NCBI GenBank assembly: GCA_021432655.1
Contig: MU271527.1
Coordinates: 1-50,116, forward strand
Source of the DNA: Atractiella rhizophila
Lineage: Eukaryota
Direction: 5' to 3'
DNA length: 50,116 nt
Below, in pieces: positions 23,940 through 36,227 of the stretch. Positions within the stretch are counted from its first letter, which is position 1. The number at the start of each line of letters is the position of its first letter. The notes beneath the pieces are model-generated. The model saw only the letters and a program-made list of their open reading frames with translations, did not search any database and was not told the DNA's origin. A program made the translations under genes and the position numbers.

Positions 23940-25584
23940 TACTTGTGACGTCCTAAGACCGTGCGCTGACGCCTTGCTGTTAGCTTGAATCCTCATAAAC
24001 GAGGGAGTTCAGACTGTCATACCTAGTGCTTCTAGCGATTGATTTCGAAGAGAACAGTTCTCAATCCTCAAGCTGATCAATCCGGTCTTGGAGGCCATGT
24101 CATAATCTTTCAAAAGCTCCGCCGACGGATTCAACGGCTCCCTGTCCTCCTCTTCCTCACCATCTCGCGTCTGTGCTGCTTGGGAATGCGACGCTTCATT
24201 CGCGTCGGGAGAGAGCGAATTGGTGTTGGGCAATGGAGAGGAGACGAATCCCGAGGTGATTGTGGAAGCGAGGAGAAGTTGGGGCTGGGAGGGGGAGGGA
24301 GCGGATGAGTTGGAGGACTGGGAGGGAGAAGCGTGGATGGATTGGATGAGGAGGTCGATGGATCGTTTGTCGATTGCGTTATCCGATATATCGAGGAACT
24401 TTAGACTCTTTGCCTGTCATAAACCGACTAGTGAATTCTCCGTTTCGCGGGTACAGAAGAGAGGGAAGAAAAAGAACACACCTTCCGCACAAAGACGGCG
24501 AGCAGCTTGAACCCTTTCGCTTTGATCCTCCTATTATTCGCCAAACACAAAGTTGGGAGGGTCCCACTGACTAATAGCGCATTGAGGAGGGGTTTAAGGG
24601 ACTCGTCATCGATCCCACAATTCTCGAGAACAAGTTTCTTCAATCCGAAATCGACGCTCAACAAGTCTGACAACACATCGACCGCTCCATGGGTCAAGAG
24701 TTGGCCGGTGAGATCGAGGACTTTGGGCGGATCGTCGTTCGGACTTTCTCGCAGCAGCTTGCGCAAGCTCTCCGTCCCTGGTTCCTCTCGCGTGCGACAG
24801 CATTCGCCGTACAGAGCGAGCAGATCCGAACTGCTCCAGCCGCGAGTGTCGGGAACTGATTGCCGGGTCGCGAGTCGCTCGCGGTGGGCGAGCTCTATCC
24901 TGTTCCACGTTCGCTCCTTCAACTTCTTTGCCCATGCATATGTAGAAATGGAAGAGAAAAGAGAACGCACCGATCTCGCGTTGGAGCTTCTTCGACGGGA
25001 GGGAGAGAGCCTTGTAAGGGATACACCACGGTGAGACTGGACATGGTGAATCGGACCTTTTTCAGGTTCGAAACCGCCAGAGGTCCGTTTCTGATTTCCC
25101 TCTCCCTCTCCCTCTCCTTCTCCCTCTCCGCACTCAGATCTCGTTTCTCTCCCGGTCCCAAGCTCACACTGCGTGTCACAGCCTGTCCCGCCCCAGCAGC
25201 TCCTCCCGAAGTCTCAGCGACGACGGCAGCGCCGAACTTTCGGAATGCATTCGTCAACGCATTGACCGGAGACGGCGGGACGATGTTCTGACTGGGGGTG
25301 GTGTAGCTGGACAGTCTGGCGTTGAGCGGGTTCAGGATGTCGCGCTTGAAGTTGAACCGCTGTGGGGGGGCGGATGGCGCCTTGAGTATGCTCCTCTTTG
25401 GTTTTTTGCGCCTGCTCGGAGGGAGCGGCGGCGAGGGCGGCAGGGGAGGGAGGGTGGTGAGATCGCGTGGGCTGGGAAGGGGCGAACCGGCGGGCGAGTG
25501 TGCCGGGTGCGAGGTATCGAGGGCGGCCTCGAGATCGAGTACGGTCGGTGGGAACTGGAGCGAGGTCGTCGAGGGAGTGGTCAT
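21731..25584 (-). CDS. RNI-like leucine-rich repeat protein, Mhp1/Gip3/Her1-like putative PP1 (Glc7) regulator
   Basis: RSILK and KKVRF PP1-docking-type motifs. The segment LYGECCRTREEPG precedes repeated LxxLxLxxN units (LKKLVLENCGI, LRVLDIKGNDI, LRVLNLSENGI, LKRIYLNAT, LIQLDLAEN). ATG 25584, stop 21733-21731. Confidence 0.8.
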
Positions 25585-26268
25585 CGTGGATTGGTTGTCG
25601 TGGTCGTCCGCCAAATGTTGACGTGCATAACCGCGGGTTGTCATACGTAAACTCCAAACGACCAACAAGCCGGAGCAAGGTCAAGTCACCAAGCCTGGAT
25701 AATAGCAGAATGAAAGAGGACACCAACGAGTAAATGAGGAGGCAAATAAGCAAAAGGTCGAGGTAAAAGGGTGCAAGTCAGGAGGTGAGTGGTTTGAGAC
25801 AGAAATGGAAGGGTCTCCCCAGAAGTTAGTTTCCTCGTTCACAATCGTTTCTGTGGCCATACAGCAGAATGTAAGATCTATCGAAGAAAAAAAGCTATCC
25901 CTGCCGAACTCGCAGAGCTCAATGTGATGGATTTTCCTCTCCGAATATTGGAGCAAGTAGTTGTGTGACCATGTCTCATGAAGTGCTGTTCAAACGAGAA
26001 GGCTTTCCATTTGTTCCACCCGAATGCTCCACAGGTCAAGAGGAGCACGAATTAAGGAAGAATATTCGTCTCAGAGACGATCCTTCGATGCATGTTTTCC
26101 AGAGCTTCGTTCCTCCTTCAAATGCTCAAATGCTGGCTCATCAAAACATGGCGGGAGTGGCATGAAGACGAGGCGGAGAGGTCAAGTTGTTATTCATTAC
26201 GACAACTTATTCAAGCACCAACACAAGTACATGAACATGAAACAAATCGAAAGATCAAAGTTGAGTCG

Positions 26269-27789
26269 TCAATGATTAAACGACTCTTCAGAAGGATAAT
26301 GAGACCAGAGCACGTCTGCTTTAACACCAAAGGTCCTCGATGTCAATCTTTTCTCTCTTGTTGCGATCGCTTCTGCTTCAGAGATGGGAAAAGGTTCAGC
26401 TATCACCTCAAGAGCCACCAATCGATCGGACAAGTCCTTGTTTTCCTTCTTCCAACGTTCTCCAGAATTCGATGTTCCGTATCTGAAAAACTTGAGGTCT
26501 GGAAGTCTGCCGGCCTCTTTGGCAGCGCACAGCTCGTCTAGGAAATCTTGCAAGTCGATCTCCGATTGGGAGTCGAGGATGTACAAAGCTTGGAGGGCAG
26601 GAGGAAGGCAGAGGACGTCCGGAAACATGCTCACTTCGGCACTGTTGTGCCAAAACAGATGCGTGACTTGCTGGCTACTGCTCAAAGCTACGTCCCATTG
26701 GTCAGGCGTTCCGAGATGGGTCGTGAGCAGCCATTCGACGTTTTCGCTGAGCGCTTCGACGATTTCTGGCGCGTAGCAGATACGGTGCGAATGTGCTATC
26801 AATTGAACGTCCAGCACCTTGAGAGAGGGAATGGAGCTTGCAAAATAGTCTCGATAGGACTGGACGGGTCCGTCGCAGGAGTAGATCGACAAGGATCGCA
26901 AGCGGACCAGCTTGACTTGCCGTTCTTTGGAATATTTGGACGGGAGGTCGATTTGAAAGCCGATGAGATGCAAAGAGATCAAATTGGTCATTTGGAAGTA
27001 ATATGGGACACTGTATCTCATATTGCTGCCTCTCGTCGCTTCCAATAGAAGACTGGTCACATTTGGCAGTTGAGGTAGAGGCATGACGTCCGTGATGAAG
27101 CTGAGAGCTAAGGTGGTCAACATCTCAGCAATGTGTGGCAATCCCTTTTCGAAGGCAGGAACACACGAAGGCGCGACGGAGTAACCAACGAACGTGCGTA
27201 TCGATCTCATGGCTGCAAAGAAAGGTTCTCCCGGCATAGCGACGTTGTTGATCTGGAATGTCTTGAGCTCGACAACGTTGTCGAGACGGCCAAAAAACTT
27301 GAACAGGTTGAACCCTCCGCCCAATGACTCTGAAGTCCTTTTATCCAATCGCTGAGCAATGATGACTTCCCGCAAATGGTGATAGACAGGTATGGGTGGA
27401 TTCCAGTCGGCTAAGCATCCTATTACCTCGATCGACTCGAGGTTGATCAACAGAGGCAACAGCTCCCGGATGATGTTTGAAAACTGTGGTGGTGACGCCG
27501 AAAACTCGTCCTCGCCGTCCTCGTTCTTCTCTTGCACTCGAACCTCGGCCTTGATGAACACGCTTCGAACCTGTGCGGCGTTTTCTGGGAAAAACTTGAA
27601 GTGTTCGAGCAGTTGTTCGCTTCGCAAGAGCTTCTGGCGGTCGATGCAGGATATTTGAACGTTGCGAAGTAGCCCTTGTTTGATCATCTTATGAAATCGT
27701 TTATTGACCAATAAAAAGCTGTACAGGCCGTCTCCGTCCTCCATAGATGAGACAATGTTCTCAAGCAATTCGAGAGGCAATTTATCCAT
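26269..27789 (-). CDS. F-box domain protein with degenerate LRR-like C-terminus (506 aa, intronless)
   Basis: The N-terminus MDKLPLELLENIVSSM...FLLVNKRFH is F-box-like. LxxLxL repeats follow (LPNVTSLLL, LISLHL, LRSLSI, LKVLDV, LQALYI). Confidence 0.75.
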   Translation of the reverse strand: MDKLPLELLENIVSSMEDGDGLYSFLLVNKRFHKMIKQGLLRNVQISCIDRQKLLRSEQLLEHFKFFPENAAQVRSVFIKAEVRVQEKNEDGEDEFSASPPQFSNIIRELLPLLINLESIEVIGCLADWNPPIPVYHHLREVIIAQRLDKRTSESLGGGFNLFKFFGRLDNVVELKTFQINNVAMPGEPFFAAMRSIRTFVGYSVAPSCVPAFEKGLPHIAEMLTTLALSFITDVMPLPQLPNVTSLLLEATRGSNMRYSVPYYFQMTNLISLHLIGFQIDLPSKYSKERQVKLVRLRSLSIYSCDGPVQSYRDYFASSIPSLKVLDVQLIAHSHRICYAPEIVEALSENVEWLLTTHLGTPDQWDVALSSSQQVTHLFWHNSAEVSMFPDVLCLPPALQALYILDSQSEIDLQDFLDELCAAKEAGRLPDLKFFRYGTSNSGERWKKENKDLSDRLVALEVIAEPFPISEAEAIATREKRLTSRTFGVKADVLWSHYPSEESFNH

Positions 27790-30700
27790 GACGAGGATGA
27801 CAAATCTAGTATCCAGGGGATCAACATGGGATGGAACGAATAAGGGGGCAGAGTGGTCTACTACAAGACTTCATTGGCACTGAGAAAGTGGCAGTATGAC
27901 GCACTGACAAGCTAGCTCATATACTTAAATTCAGTAACCGTTTCGCCTTACCAAATGAAAAGGTTTGAGGTGATGGGAATCGAAACCGTTACTGTCTTGT
28001 TGATTTGAGGAAACGCAAGAACACATTGAAAGCCTTGAATAACGAATTTTGAATCGATAGCGACTCAATTTCAGTGGTTTCAGACCTGCTCTTATGCATG
28101 ATCAACGTTTGCTTCTTACCGTCATGCGTGGGGCTCTTGTCGCTCGGTGTTGGGTTTTGAGGTGAAGTTGCCAAAAGCATCTGTATTGCTTACGACATGT
28201 TACGCACCAGATCGGAGGACATTACTTCAGAAGACGAATGTGACCTTCACGGGGGGAATGCCCAGTGTGACAAGTTTAACTCCGAGTAAAATGACAAACT
28301 GGATATCAAAGCAGATCCCTTTGATTGGCTTGGATGCTCTTGCTCGGAATACATTGCAGATGGTCAGTATATTGTCAAAGCACGACCACACCAAGGGCTC
28401 AACCTGAAATTTCAAAGCCGTATAAGTTAGAATTTTCTTATCATTTCCTTCAGGCTTGCTGATAGAATACAAATTTGGAAAATACAAAGGCAATCCACTT
28501 AGTTAAATAACCTCGCTGTGTTCGACAACAATTCCGTTCCGTTATCTTATGATCCCTGTTACAATTCTGAGTGAGAAAAGCATAAAAAGTACACACAACA
28601 AGACGTGTACAACTCTCAAAAAACAAGGCTACATTATGCCTGATTTCGAGAATAAAAAGGAGAACCAGGCCCTTTTTGCAAGCTTTGAGAGCGGAGGGAC
28701 AGGGCACACAAGCAGATCGACTAACCTGCAACCCAAAAATCGCTTGCCATCCTGCCAGCTCTCGCATTCTCCCTCGCTCTGGCCATCTTCGCTAGCTTCG
28801 ACGATTTCTGGCGCGTAGCAGATGCGATGCGAATGCGCTATCAATTGAACGTCCAGCACCTTGAGAGAGGGAATGGAGCTTGCAAAATAGTCTCGATAGG
28901 ACTGAACGGGTCCGTCGCAAGAGTAGATCGACAAGGATCGCAAGCGGACCAGCTTGACTTGTCGTTCTTTGGAATATTTAGACGGGAGGTCGATTTGAAA
29001 GCCGATGAGATGCAAAGAGATCAAATTGGTCATTTGGAAGTAATATGGCACACTGTATCTCATATTGCTGCCTCTCGTCGCTTCCAGTAGAAGACTGGTG
29101 ACATTTGGCAGTTGAGGCAGAGGCATGACGTCCGTGATAAAGCTGAGAGCTAAGGTGGTCAACATCTCAGCAATGTGAGGCAATCCCTTTTCGAAGGCAG
29201 GAACACACGAAGGCGCGACGGAGTAACCAACGAACTTCCGTATCGATCTCATGGCTGCAAAGAAAGGTTCTCCGGGCATATCGACGTTGTTGATCTGGAA
29301 CTTCTCGAGCTCGACAACGTTGTCGAGACGACCAAAAAACTTGAACAAGTTGAACCCTCCGCCCAAAGACTCTGAAGTCCTTTTATCCAATCGCTGAGCA
29401 ATGATGACTTCTCGCAAATGGTGATAGACAGGTATGGGTGGATTCCAATCGGCCAAGCATCCTATTACCTCGATCGACTCGAGGTTGATCAACAAAGGCA
29501 ACAGGTCCCGGATGATGTTTGAAAACTGTGGTGGTGACGCCGAAAACTCGTCCTCGCCGTCCTCGTTCTTCTCTTGCACTCGAACCTCGGCTTTGATGAA
29601 CACGCTTCGAACCTGTGCGGCGTTTTCTGGGAAAAACTTGAAGTGTTCGAGCAGTTGTTCGCTTCGCAAGAGCTTCTGGCGGTCGATGCAGGATATTTGA
29701 ACGTTGCGAAGTAGCCCTTGTTTGATCATTTTATGAAATCGTTTATTGACCAATAAAAAGCTGTACAGGCCGTCTCCGTCCTCCATAGATGAGACAATGT
29801 TCTCAAGCAATTCGAGAGGCAATTTATCCATGACGAGGATGACAAATCTAGTATCCAGGGGATCAACATGGGATGGAACGAATAAGGGGGCAGAGTGGTC
29901 TACTACAAGACTTCATTGGCACTGAGAAAGTGGCAGTATGACGCACTGACAAGCTAGCTCATATACTTAAATTCAGTAACCGTTTCGCCTTACCAAATGA
30001 AAAGGTTTGAGGTGATGGGAATCGAAACCGTTACTGTCTTGTTGATTTGAGGAAACGCAAGAACACATTGAAAGCCTTGAATAACGAATTTTGAATCGAT
30101 AGCGACTCAATTTCAGTGGTTTCAGACCTGCTCTTATGCATGATCAACGTTTGCTTCTTACCGTCATGCGTGGGGCTCTTGTCGCTCGGTGTTGGGTTTT
30201 GAGGTGAAGTTGCCAAAAGCATCTGTATTGCTTACGACATGTTACGCACCAGATCGGAGGACATTACTTCAGAAGACGAATGTGACCTTCACGGCGGGAA
30301 TGCCCAGTTAAAATGATATTACGCTCTGGATATCAAAGCAGATCCCTTTGATTGGCTTGGATGCTCTTGCTCGGAATACATTGCAGATGGTCAGTATATT
30401 GTCAAAGCACGACCACACCAAGGGCTCAACCTGAAATTTCAAAGCCGTATAAGTTAGAATTTTCTTATCATTTCCTTCAGGCTTGCTGATAGAATACAAA
30501 TTTGGAAAATACAAAGGCAATCCACTTAGTTAAATAACCTCGCTGTGTTCGACAACAATTCCGTTCCGTTATCTTATGATCCCTGTTACAATTCTGAGTG
30601 AGAAAAGCATAAAAAGTACACACAACAAGACGTGTACAACTCTCAAAAAACAAGGCTACATTATGCCTGATTTCGAGAATAAAAAGGAGAACCAGGCCCT

Positions 30701-30821
30701 TTTTGCAAGCTTTGAGAGCGGAGGGACAGGGCACACAAGCAGATCGACTAACCTGCAACCCAAAAATCGCTTGCCATCCTGCCAGCTCTCGCATTCTCCC
30801 TCGCTCTGGCCATCTTCGCTA
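26753..30821. repeat. ~2.04-kb tandem duplication (26753-28794 / 28795-30821)
   Basis: Offset 2042, shifting to 2027 after a divergent indel patch near 28267-28300 vs 30309-30327. Confidence 0.97.
28629..29831 (-). pseudogene. 3'-truncated/chimeric second copy (or allele) of the F-box gene
   Basis: Matches the F-box protein up to YAPEIVEA. It then reads across the junction at 28794/28795 into out-of-frame sequence from the neighbouring gene's 3' end. Confidence 0.75.
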
Positions 30822-31761
30822 ACTGTTTTTCCCGTTTCCTCTTTTCCTTCTCTTCCTTCATTATTTCTTTTGCTCGTGCTTTTGCCGCCTCTCGCTCGAG
30901 TTTCTCCTGCTCGATGACACTATTGATGCGGGAGTTCAAGTCATCCATATATCGAGCGCTCTCCATAGACATCGCCGAGGACTCCGCTGTGTTCTTCCTC
31001 GCGATGTGGAATGGATTACTATTGGAGTCATTAGCAAGCTGACGGAGGGGAAAAGCATGAACGGACCTATCATTGACATTTGGAGTTGAACGTGAAGCGA
31101 ATAGGCTCCTCCTCTCAGGCCGTTCGCTTAGTGTGTTAGTCGTCGGTGTAGGCTCATTCGCAGTGCTGCTCCCCGTGTTGCCTGAAGAAACTGAACTTCT
31201 CCTCCCACTGAAATCAAAGGAGAATCTGTTCTTTCCTTTGCTGTTTCCCGCTGGAGGTGGTCCAGAGATTGTCGTGACCGTTGTCTCGAACGATTTCCTG
31301 GTCCTGTCAGAAAGGATCGATGGATCCTCACTCCTCGTTAAACTCATAGCATCGTCGGGTGGCGTCTGGTCCTCCTTCACCACTGGGAGTTCAGTCTTCA
31401 CAGCAGAAGGAGGGACGTTGACCCATGAGGACTCCAACGAGCCAGGTTGGAGGGAAGGGGATTGAGACGCCGAGGGGACTAGCGGTCTTTCGGAAGTCGA
31501 AGTGGGGGAACCACTTGTCTGGGAAAGTGTGATTGAGGTGGAGAGGGGGGAAGGAACGACTGGAGAGTTCCTCGTGTGCAAGGTTCCTTGGACTAGTGAT
31601 TTGGAACGTGGCCGGGAAGCAGGGGATTGCTGAACCTTGGCCGATGTGCCCTCGGTAGCTTTCTTGGCCGATGATGACGCTTCGGCGAGGATAGTTTTTC
31701 GACCTAAACCATTCAAACAGTCAGCAGGTGTATCTGAACGGACGCTCTCAAATCGGAACAA
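30748..31761 (-). CDS. Ser/Thr-rich hypothetical protein with C-terminal charged coiled-coil (start uncertain)
   Basis: 337-codon open frame ending in an EK-rich helix and MASDFWVAG. The 5' part of the ORF probably overlaps an intron. Confidence 0.6.
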   Translation of the reverse strand: MFRFESVRSDTPADCLNGLGRKTILAEASSSAKKATEGTSAKVQQSPASRPRSKSLVQGTLHTRNSPVVPSPLSTSITLSQTSGSPTSTSERPLVPSASQSPSLQPGSLESSWVNVPPSAVKTELPVVKEDQTPPDDAMSLTRSEDPSILSDRTRKSFETTVTTISGPPPAGNSKGKNRFSFDFSGRRSSVSSGNTGSSTANEPTPTTNTLSERPERRSLFASRSTPNVNDRSVHAFPLRQLANDSNSNPFHIARKNTAESSAMSMESARYMDDLNSRINSVIEQEKLEREAAKARAKEIMKEEKEKRKREKQLAKMARARENARAGRMASDFWVAG

Positions 31762-32040
31762 AAAAGTAAGGTTCGAATAAGTACGAGGCGCGTCTGGGAG
31801 CAGTCATGAATGCTGGATGCACAGAATTACTGATTGATTGCTTGAACTGCTCGTCGTGCATACAATGTACCAATGGTCAATGATCGGTCAAGGTCAGAAA
31901 AGTTTTAAAGTTAGATGAATCGATGAGGCGCACGAGACGAAGTCCTGGAATTCCATGCCACAATTCTCGATAAATAACCAACCAGCCAGCCAGACGGCTT
32001 CTTTTTTTGCGGATGAACGAAACAAGAGAAATTCTACTGA

Positions 32041-34754
32041 TTAGGCAACCGCGGGCCTACCTTCGGCACCTTCACCAACTGTCGCAGCTCTCACTCGATA
32101 AGCACCGTTCCCATTCCCATTCCCGTTCGTATGCAGATGCGCGTGATTTTGATCTCTCGTTTCTTCGCCCACGGTGCCAGCGCGAGCGCGGATCCTTCCG
32201 TGCTTCTGAGCATTCTACACCCCTCTAACGTCAGCCCAAATGTCCAAAGTGTACTGTAGAAAGAACATACGTAGACCATCTTCAATGCCCTAATCTGCAA
32301 ACTCATACAACTTCCCAACGTCGCAACTTGATACACAACTCCTGCCACAGTATCGCTCTGTCCCAGCTTGGCATGAAGAGCATGGACGACGAATTTTCGG
32401 AGGTTCTTCTCGCCGTAGACACGGCTGAAAATGAGGAGGGAAGATAGGACAGGTAGGGAGAGCTGAAGCTTCGTGCAAAGAGCAAGGGAGTAAAAGTACT
32501 GCAAGAGCGCCATGACCACGTTTGAGGGTTCAGGAAGATGAAGAGATCGAGCCGACAATCGCCAATCGCCAATCGGGCTCGAACCTCCCAGGACAGTCTC
32601 CTTCGAGTTGGTCGTATCGATCGTCTCTTGATCATCCATCACTACCCTGCGTTGCTGAGCAGACACGATATTCCCAGCGCGTCTTCGAAAATCTTCCATC
32701 CTCTCCCTGAACCACTCCCACCTATCCTCGAGCACGGAGCGAGAACAGCCAATAGATTTCCCGTCACAACAGACGATCTCGAAGTCGGACAAGAAAGGTT
32801 CTCGCAACGCTTTGAGACCGAAAGACTGGGCGATGGGCGGGAGTGGGGGGAAAGGTGGTTGATAGATTCCAAAGGCTTCTAAGTCTATGAACGCGACGTG
32901 GACGAAATTGCTCTATTCCATCATGGCAGTCGGTCACCAACTGTACCAGTGCAGCGAGAGATAAGGAAAGGAAGAGGCGGCACGAACCTGACGCCTATCA
33001 TAATCGAGCGCGATATCCCTCTCTCTATCACCCAACACAACCACCGAATTCCTCCAAAACACGCTCCTATTCCAACTTCCATTCTGAAGCACTCCTCCCG
33101 GATCCACCTTCTGCCACGGAAAAGCCGTCTCTTCCTCCCCTCCACCCTTCGTCTTATCCTCGTGCGACAATCTCCCCAAATCCAGTGCCCAGATCGCATA
33201 GCTGTTAAAGTGATGGCTGAGGAAAGTTCCGGCAATGATAAAATATTGCCCAATAATGGCACCTGTGGGAAATCGAAGACCAGGAGGCAGAGTTGGACCT
33301 CCTACCATTCGATGGGAGAGTTGGAAGACTTGGGGTTTAAAATCCTGCGGTAAAGGAGTCGTGATGAGTTCGAACTCCCTCCTGACGTCTGAAAAGTTGT
33401 AATTGGAATAGAGAAAGATGGGTTCCGGGTTATCGATCGTCGGGAGGACTGAATGCGGCAATTTGTCCCTCACAATCTTGAAACTTTCATCCTCATCCTC
33501 TCCCTCCCCCCCTTCATTGGTCACTCCATTCTTGTCCGCGGTGGGTAAGCGGACTCCGAACTCGTCTTCTTCTGTCGCGTTCGACATGCCGACATGTGCG
33601 GATACGGCTACACAGCGGTATGCACCACAGTGTCTATCCCACCTCATACTCTGTACCCAAGTCATGGTTTCCAAATCGAGGACATTCATTTCGTGGACAT
33701 AACGATTCGTGATGTCCTGACCCCCCATGATGACGAGACAGTTGGCGAATGCGGGTTTGGATGAGGAGCCGGTTGCGGAATGGACTGGGGTGGATGTGGA
33801 GGAGGAGGAGGAGGAAGGAGGGGAAGGAGTGGATAAGGCTGTTGTTCGAGTAGGAGATAGGATAGACGTCATCACTGACAGATGAGCGTAACGAGGAGAG
33901 GGCATGATGGTGATGGGATCGACTGAGACGTGAGGGAAACTCCATCGTTTCTCGTGTACGTGATACACGACCAGATCATTGAGAACCGCCAAACCAGGAG
34001 GCTGAAATTGTTGAGCGTTAGACTGTTTCCTACCGTCCTCCCGCTCCCTTTCCATCTCTTCCTTCTCCGCCTCCTTCTCCTTTCCAGTGTCTTTAGGGTT
34101 CGGAGTCGAAGGATCGCCATATCCCATTCCTCCAAAAAACACGATCCGGTCGCTTCCCCACGCTTCCGCAGAATGGAAATAACGGGGTTGAGGACCCCTG
34201 GCTTCTTCTCCTTTCGCAGAAGCTTCCGCCTCCGCCTCGCTCTCCATCTCCCAATGGTCCAAGTCGAGATTTTCATCTTCCATTTCTCCCATTCCTTCCG
34301 AAGGTGGTGATGGCGAACGCTTACGCTTCGGCCAGAGTTGACGCCAGACCAATGTTCCCAGATCGAGCTCCCACAGTTTGGCTATCATCGTCCGTGTGGG
34401 GACCAGTCTTCCACCAAAGACATAGATCTTGGATCCCACCAGGGTACTTGAACTCCCAACCTGTCGTCTCTCCATTACCCCTGCACCCTAATAAGAATAA
34501 AAGAAGAATAAGCCTACCAAAGGAGGAGGGACATTTCCCCCCGTCCTCCTAACCGCAGCGGTGAGATCTCCAAGGGTCGAGCTGCTTTTCCCATCGCTTC
34601 TGCTGCTGTTGGCGTTGGAGGAAGATATGGACCCATCCCTCTCCCTTCCCGAGGACTGGGCTGGTGCGTTCGAACGCCCAACTTGCATCGAGGCCCGTAC
34701 TGCCTCTGAGGGTCGACGTGGACGCTCGCGGTCTAGTATTGAGGTGGATGACAT
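32041..34754 (-). CDS. Kelch-repeat + BTB-like protein (Mds3/Pmd1/Ral2-like)
   Basis: Kelch blades: VPPPLVG|SSSTLVGSKIYVFGGR, PQPRYFHSA, IVFFGGMG, PSPRYAHLS, LVIMGGQD, LPPGLRFPTG. BTB-like segments: LSDFEIVCCDG...LEDRWEWF and LLQYFYS. The stop at 32043-32041 is inferred after splicing. Confidence 0.82.
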
Positions 34755-34989
34755 GTCCACCTCTCTCCTTGCTCATACACTTGATTAGGCCGTCAGTAGC
34801 AATAGGACAATGGTGGTTTGCCAAATCCTCACATCAAAACCAGAACCAGAATAGAACTCAAACTGCGTCTGACTCACAGGTGGATTCCACGACACCACCA
34901 AGATAAGAGCCTGAGATAGGTACGGAGAGTGAACGGAAGGGGAGAAGGAAGCATAGCATTACTGGATAAAACTAGCAAGGAAGTGCAAC

Positions 34990-35957
34990 ATGGCTGACCT
35001 TCGCGCACAACTCAACCTCATCCCACCAGTCACCCGTGTGTTGCTCATAAGCTGCTTAGCGGTCACCCTGCCTCTCATCTTGGGTCCCACGAGTGGCAGC
35101 TGGGTGTTCTTCTCGTGGCCACGAATATCGGCTAACTGGGAGCTCTGGCGACTTATCTGTGCGTATCTCTACCTCATTTGTATTCAAAGCGGTTGTGGTC
35201 ATAATGGTTTGAGTGGCATGCTGACATGGATCGATGGACGGGAAAAGCACCTTTCTTCTTCGCAGGCAAAGGCATCCCACTGCTTTTCAACCTCTTCATC
35301 CTCTACCGCAACTCGACCTTTCTCGAATCCACCCTCTTCCGAGGCAACACCGCGGACTACATTTGGTGTCTCATTGTCACAGGCGCATTAATCATTGCCA
35401 CAAACATCCCGCTGGGGAGCTACATCCTCTTCCATCCCCTGTCCTCAGTTCTACTCTACCTGTGGTCTCGCGCCTCTCCATACTCTTCCATCTCCTTCTT
35501 TGGTTTCGTAACCATCCCCGCGTGAGTCTCATATCCTCTTTCCACCCTTTCTCCAGAGTAATGCTGACATGACACCAGACCATACGCGCCATACGCCATG
35601 CTAGGTCTCGACCTCGTCCAAGCCGGCATCCCCACCGCCCTTCAAGGACTAACCGGCATCGCAGCGGGGTACGCCTGGTGGTGGTTTCGGGAGGAGAAAG
35701 GGTTGGGAGAACACACAGCCGACACCCCAGCATGGATCGATACGGCGCTTCGACTCCTCAACACTGGAGCCGCGAGGGCTTCACAGGGCGTACAGTATGG
35801 GCAGACGCTCGGGGGTGCGCCGGGTAGGAGGAATGAAGGTGGCAGTGGGAGTGGGAGGGAGGGAACGAGGATGGCGGGAAGGAGTGGAGATAGGAGGGAG
35901 GATACTGGTTCGACTACGGGGTATCAATGGGGTACGGGACAGCGGTTAGGGACTTGA
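34990..35957 (+). CDS. Derlin family rhomboid-like ERAD membrane protein with C-terminal SHP box (Dfm1/Derlin-1-like)
   Basis: Motifs IPPVTR, WELWRL (WR motif), LYRNSTFLE, LTGIAAGY (GxxxG), and C-terminal WGTGQRLG. Confidence 0.9.
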
Positions 35958-36227
35958 TTGGGATTTGTGCTGTTTGGAGATAACGGAATGTTATGCAACG
36001 CTGGTGTCTGCGAAAGCTTGCGGAGCTCTTAGTATTTTTCGCCATCCTTGAAGAGACGCAGAAGTTAGACGAGCAAATCTAGGACAATGGTTAGCAGCTC
36101 CCACCAGAACCGTGATGCTGTGAGGGATATCGATACGGATGTGTGAATGATATGTACAAGTAGAATTAGATCGATAGAGCTGCTGTTATCCCTATCCCAT
36201 ATCACAGGAAGTCAAGTTAGAAGTCAG

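Noticed and set aside
27950..28500. Short ORFs upstream of the F-box gene (e.g. 28147-28407)
   Set aside because: Disrupted by an indel and stop in the second copy, with no recognisable domain.
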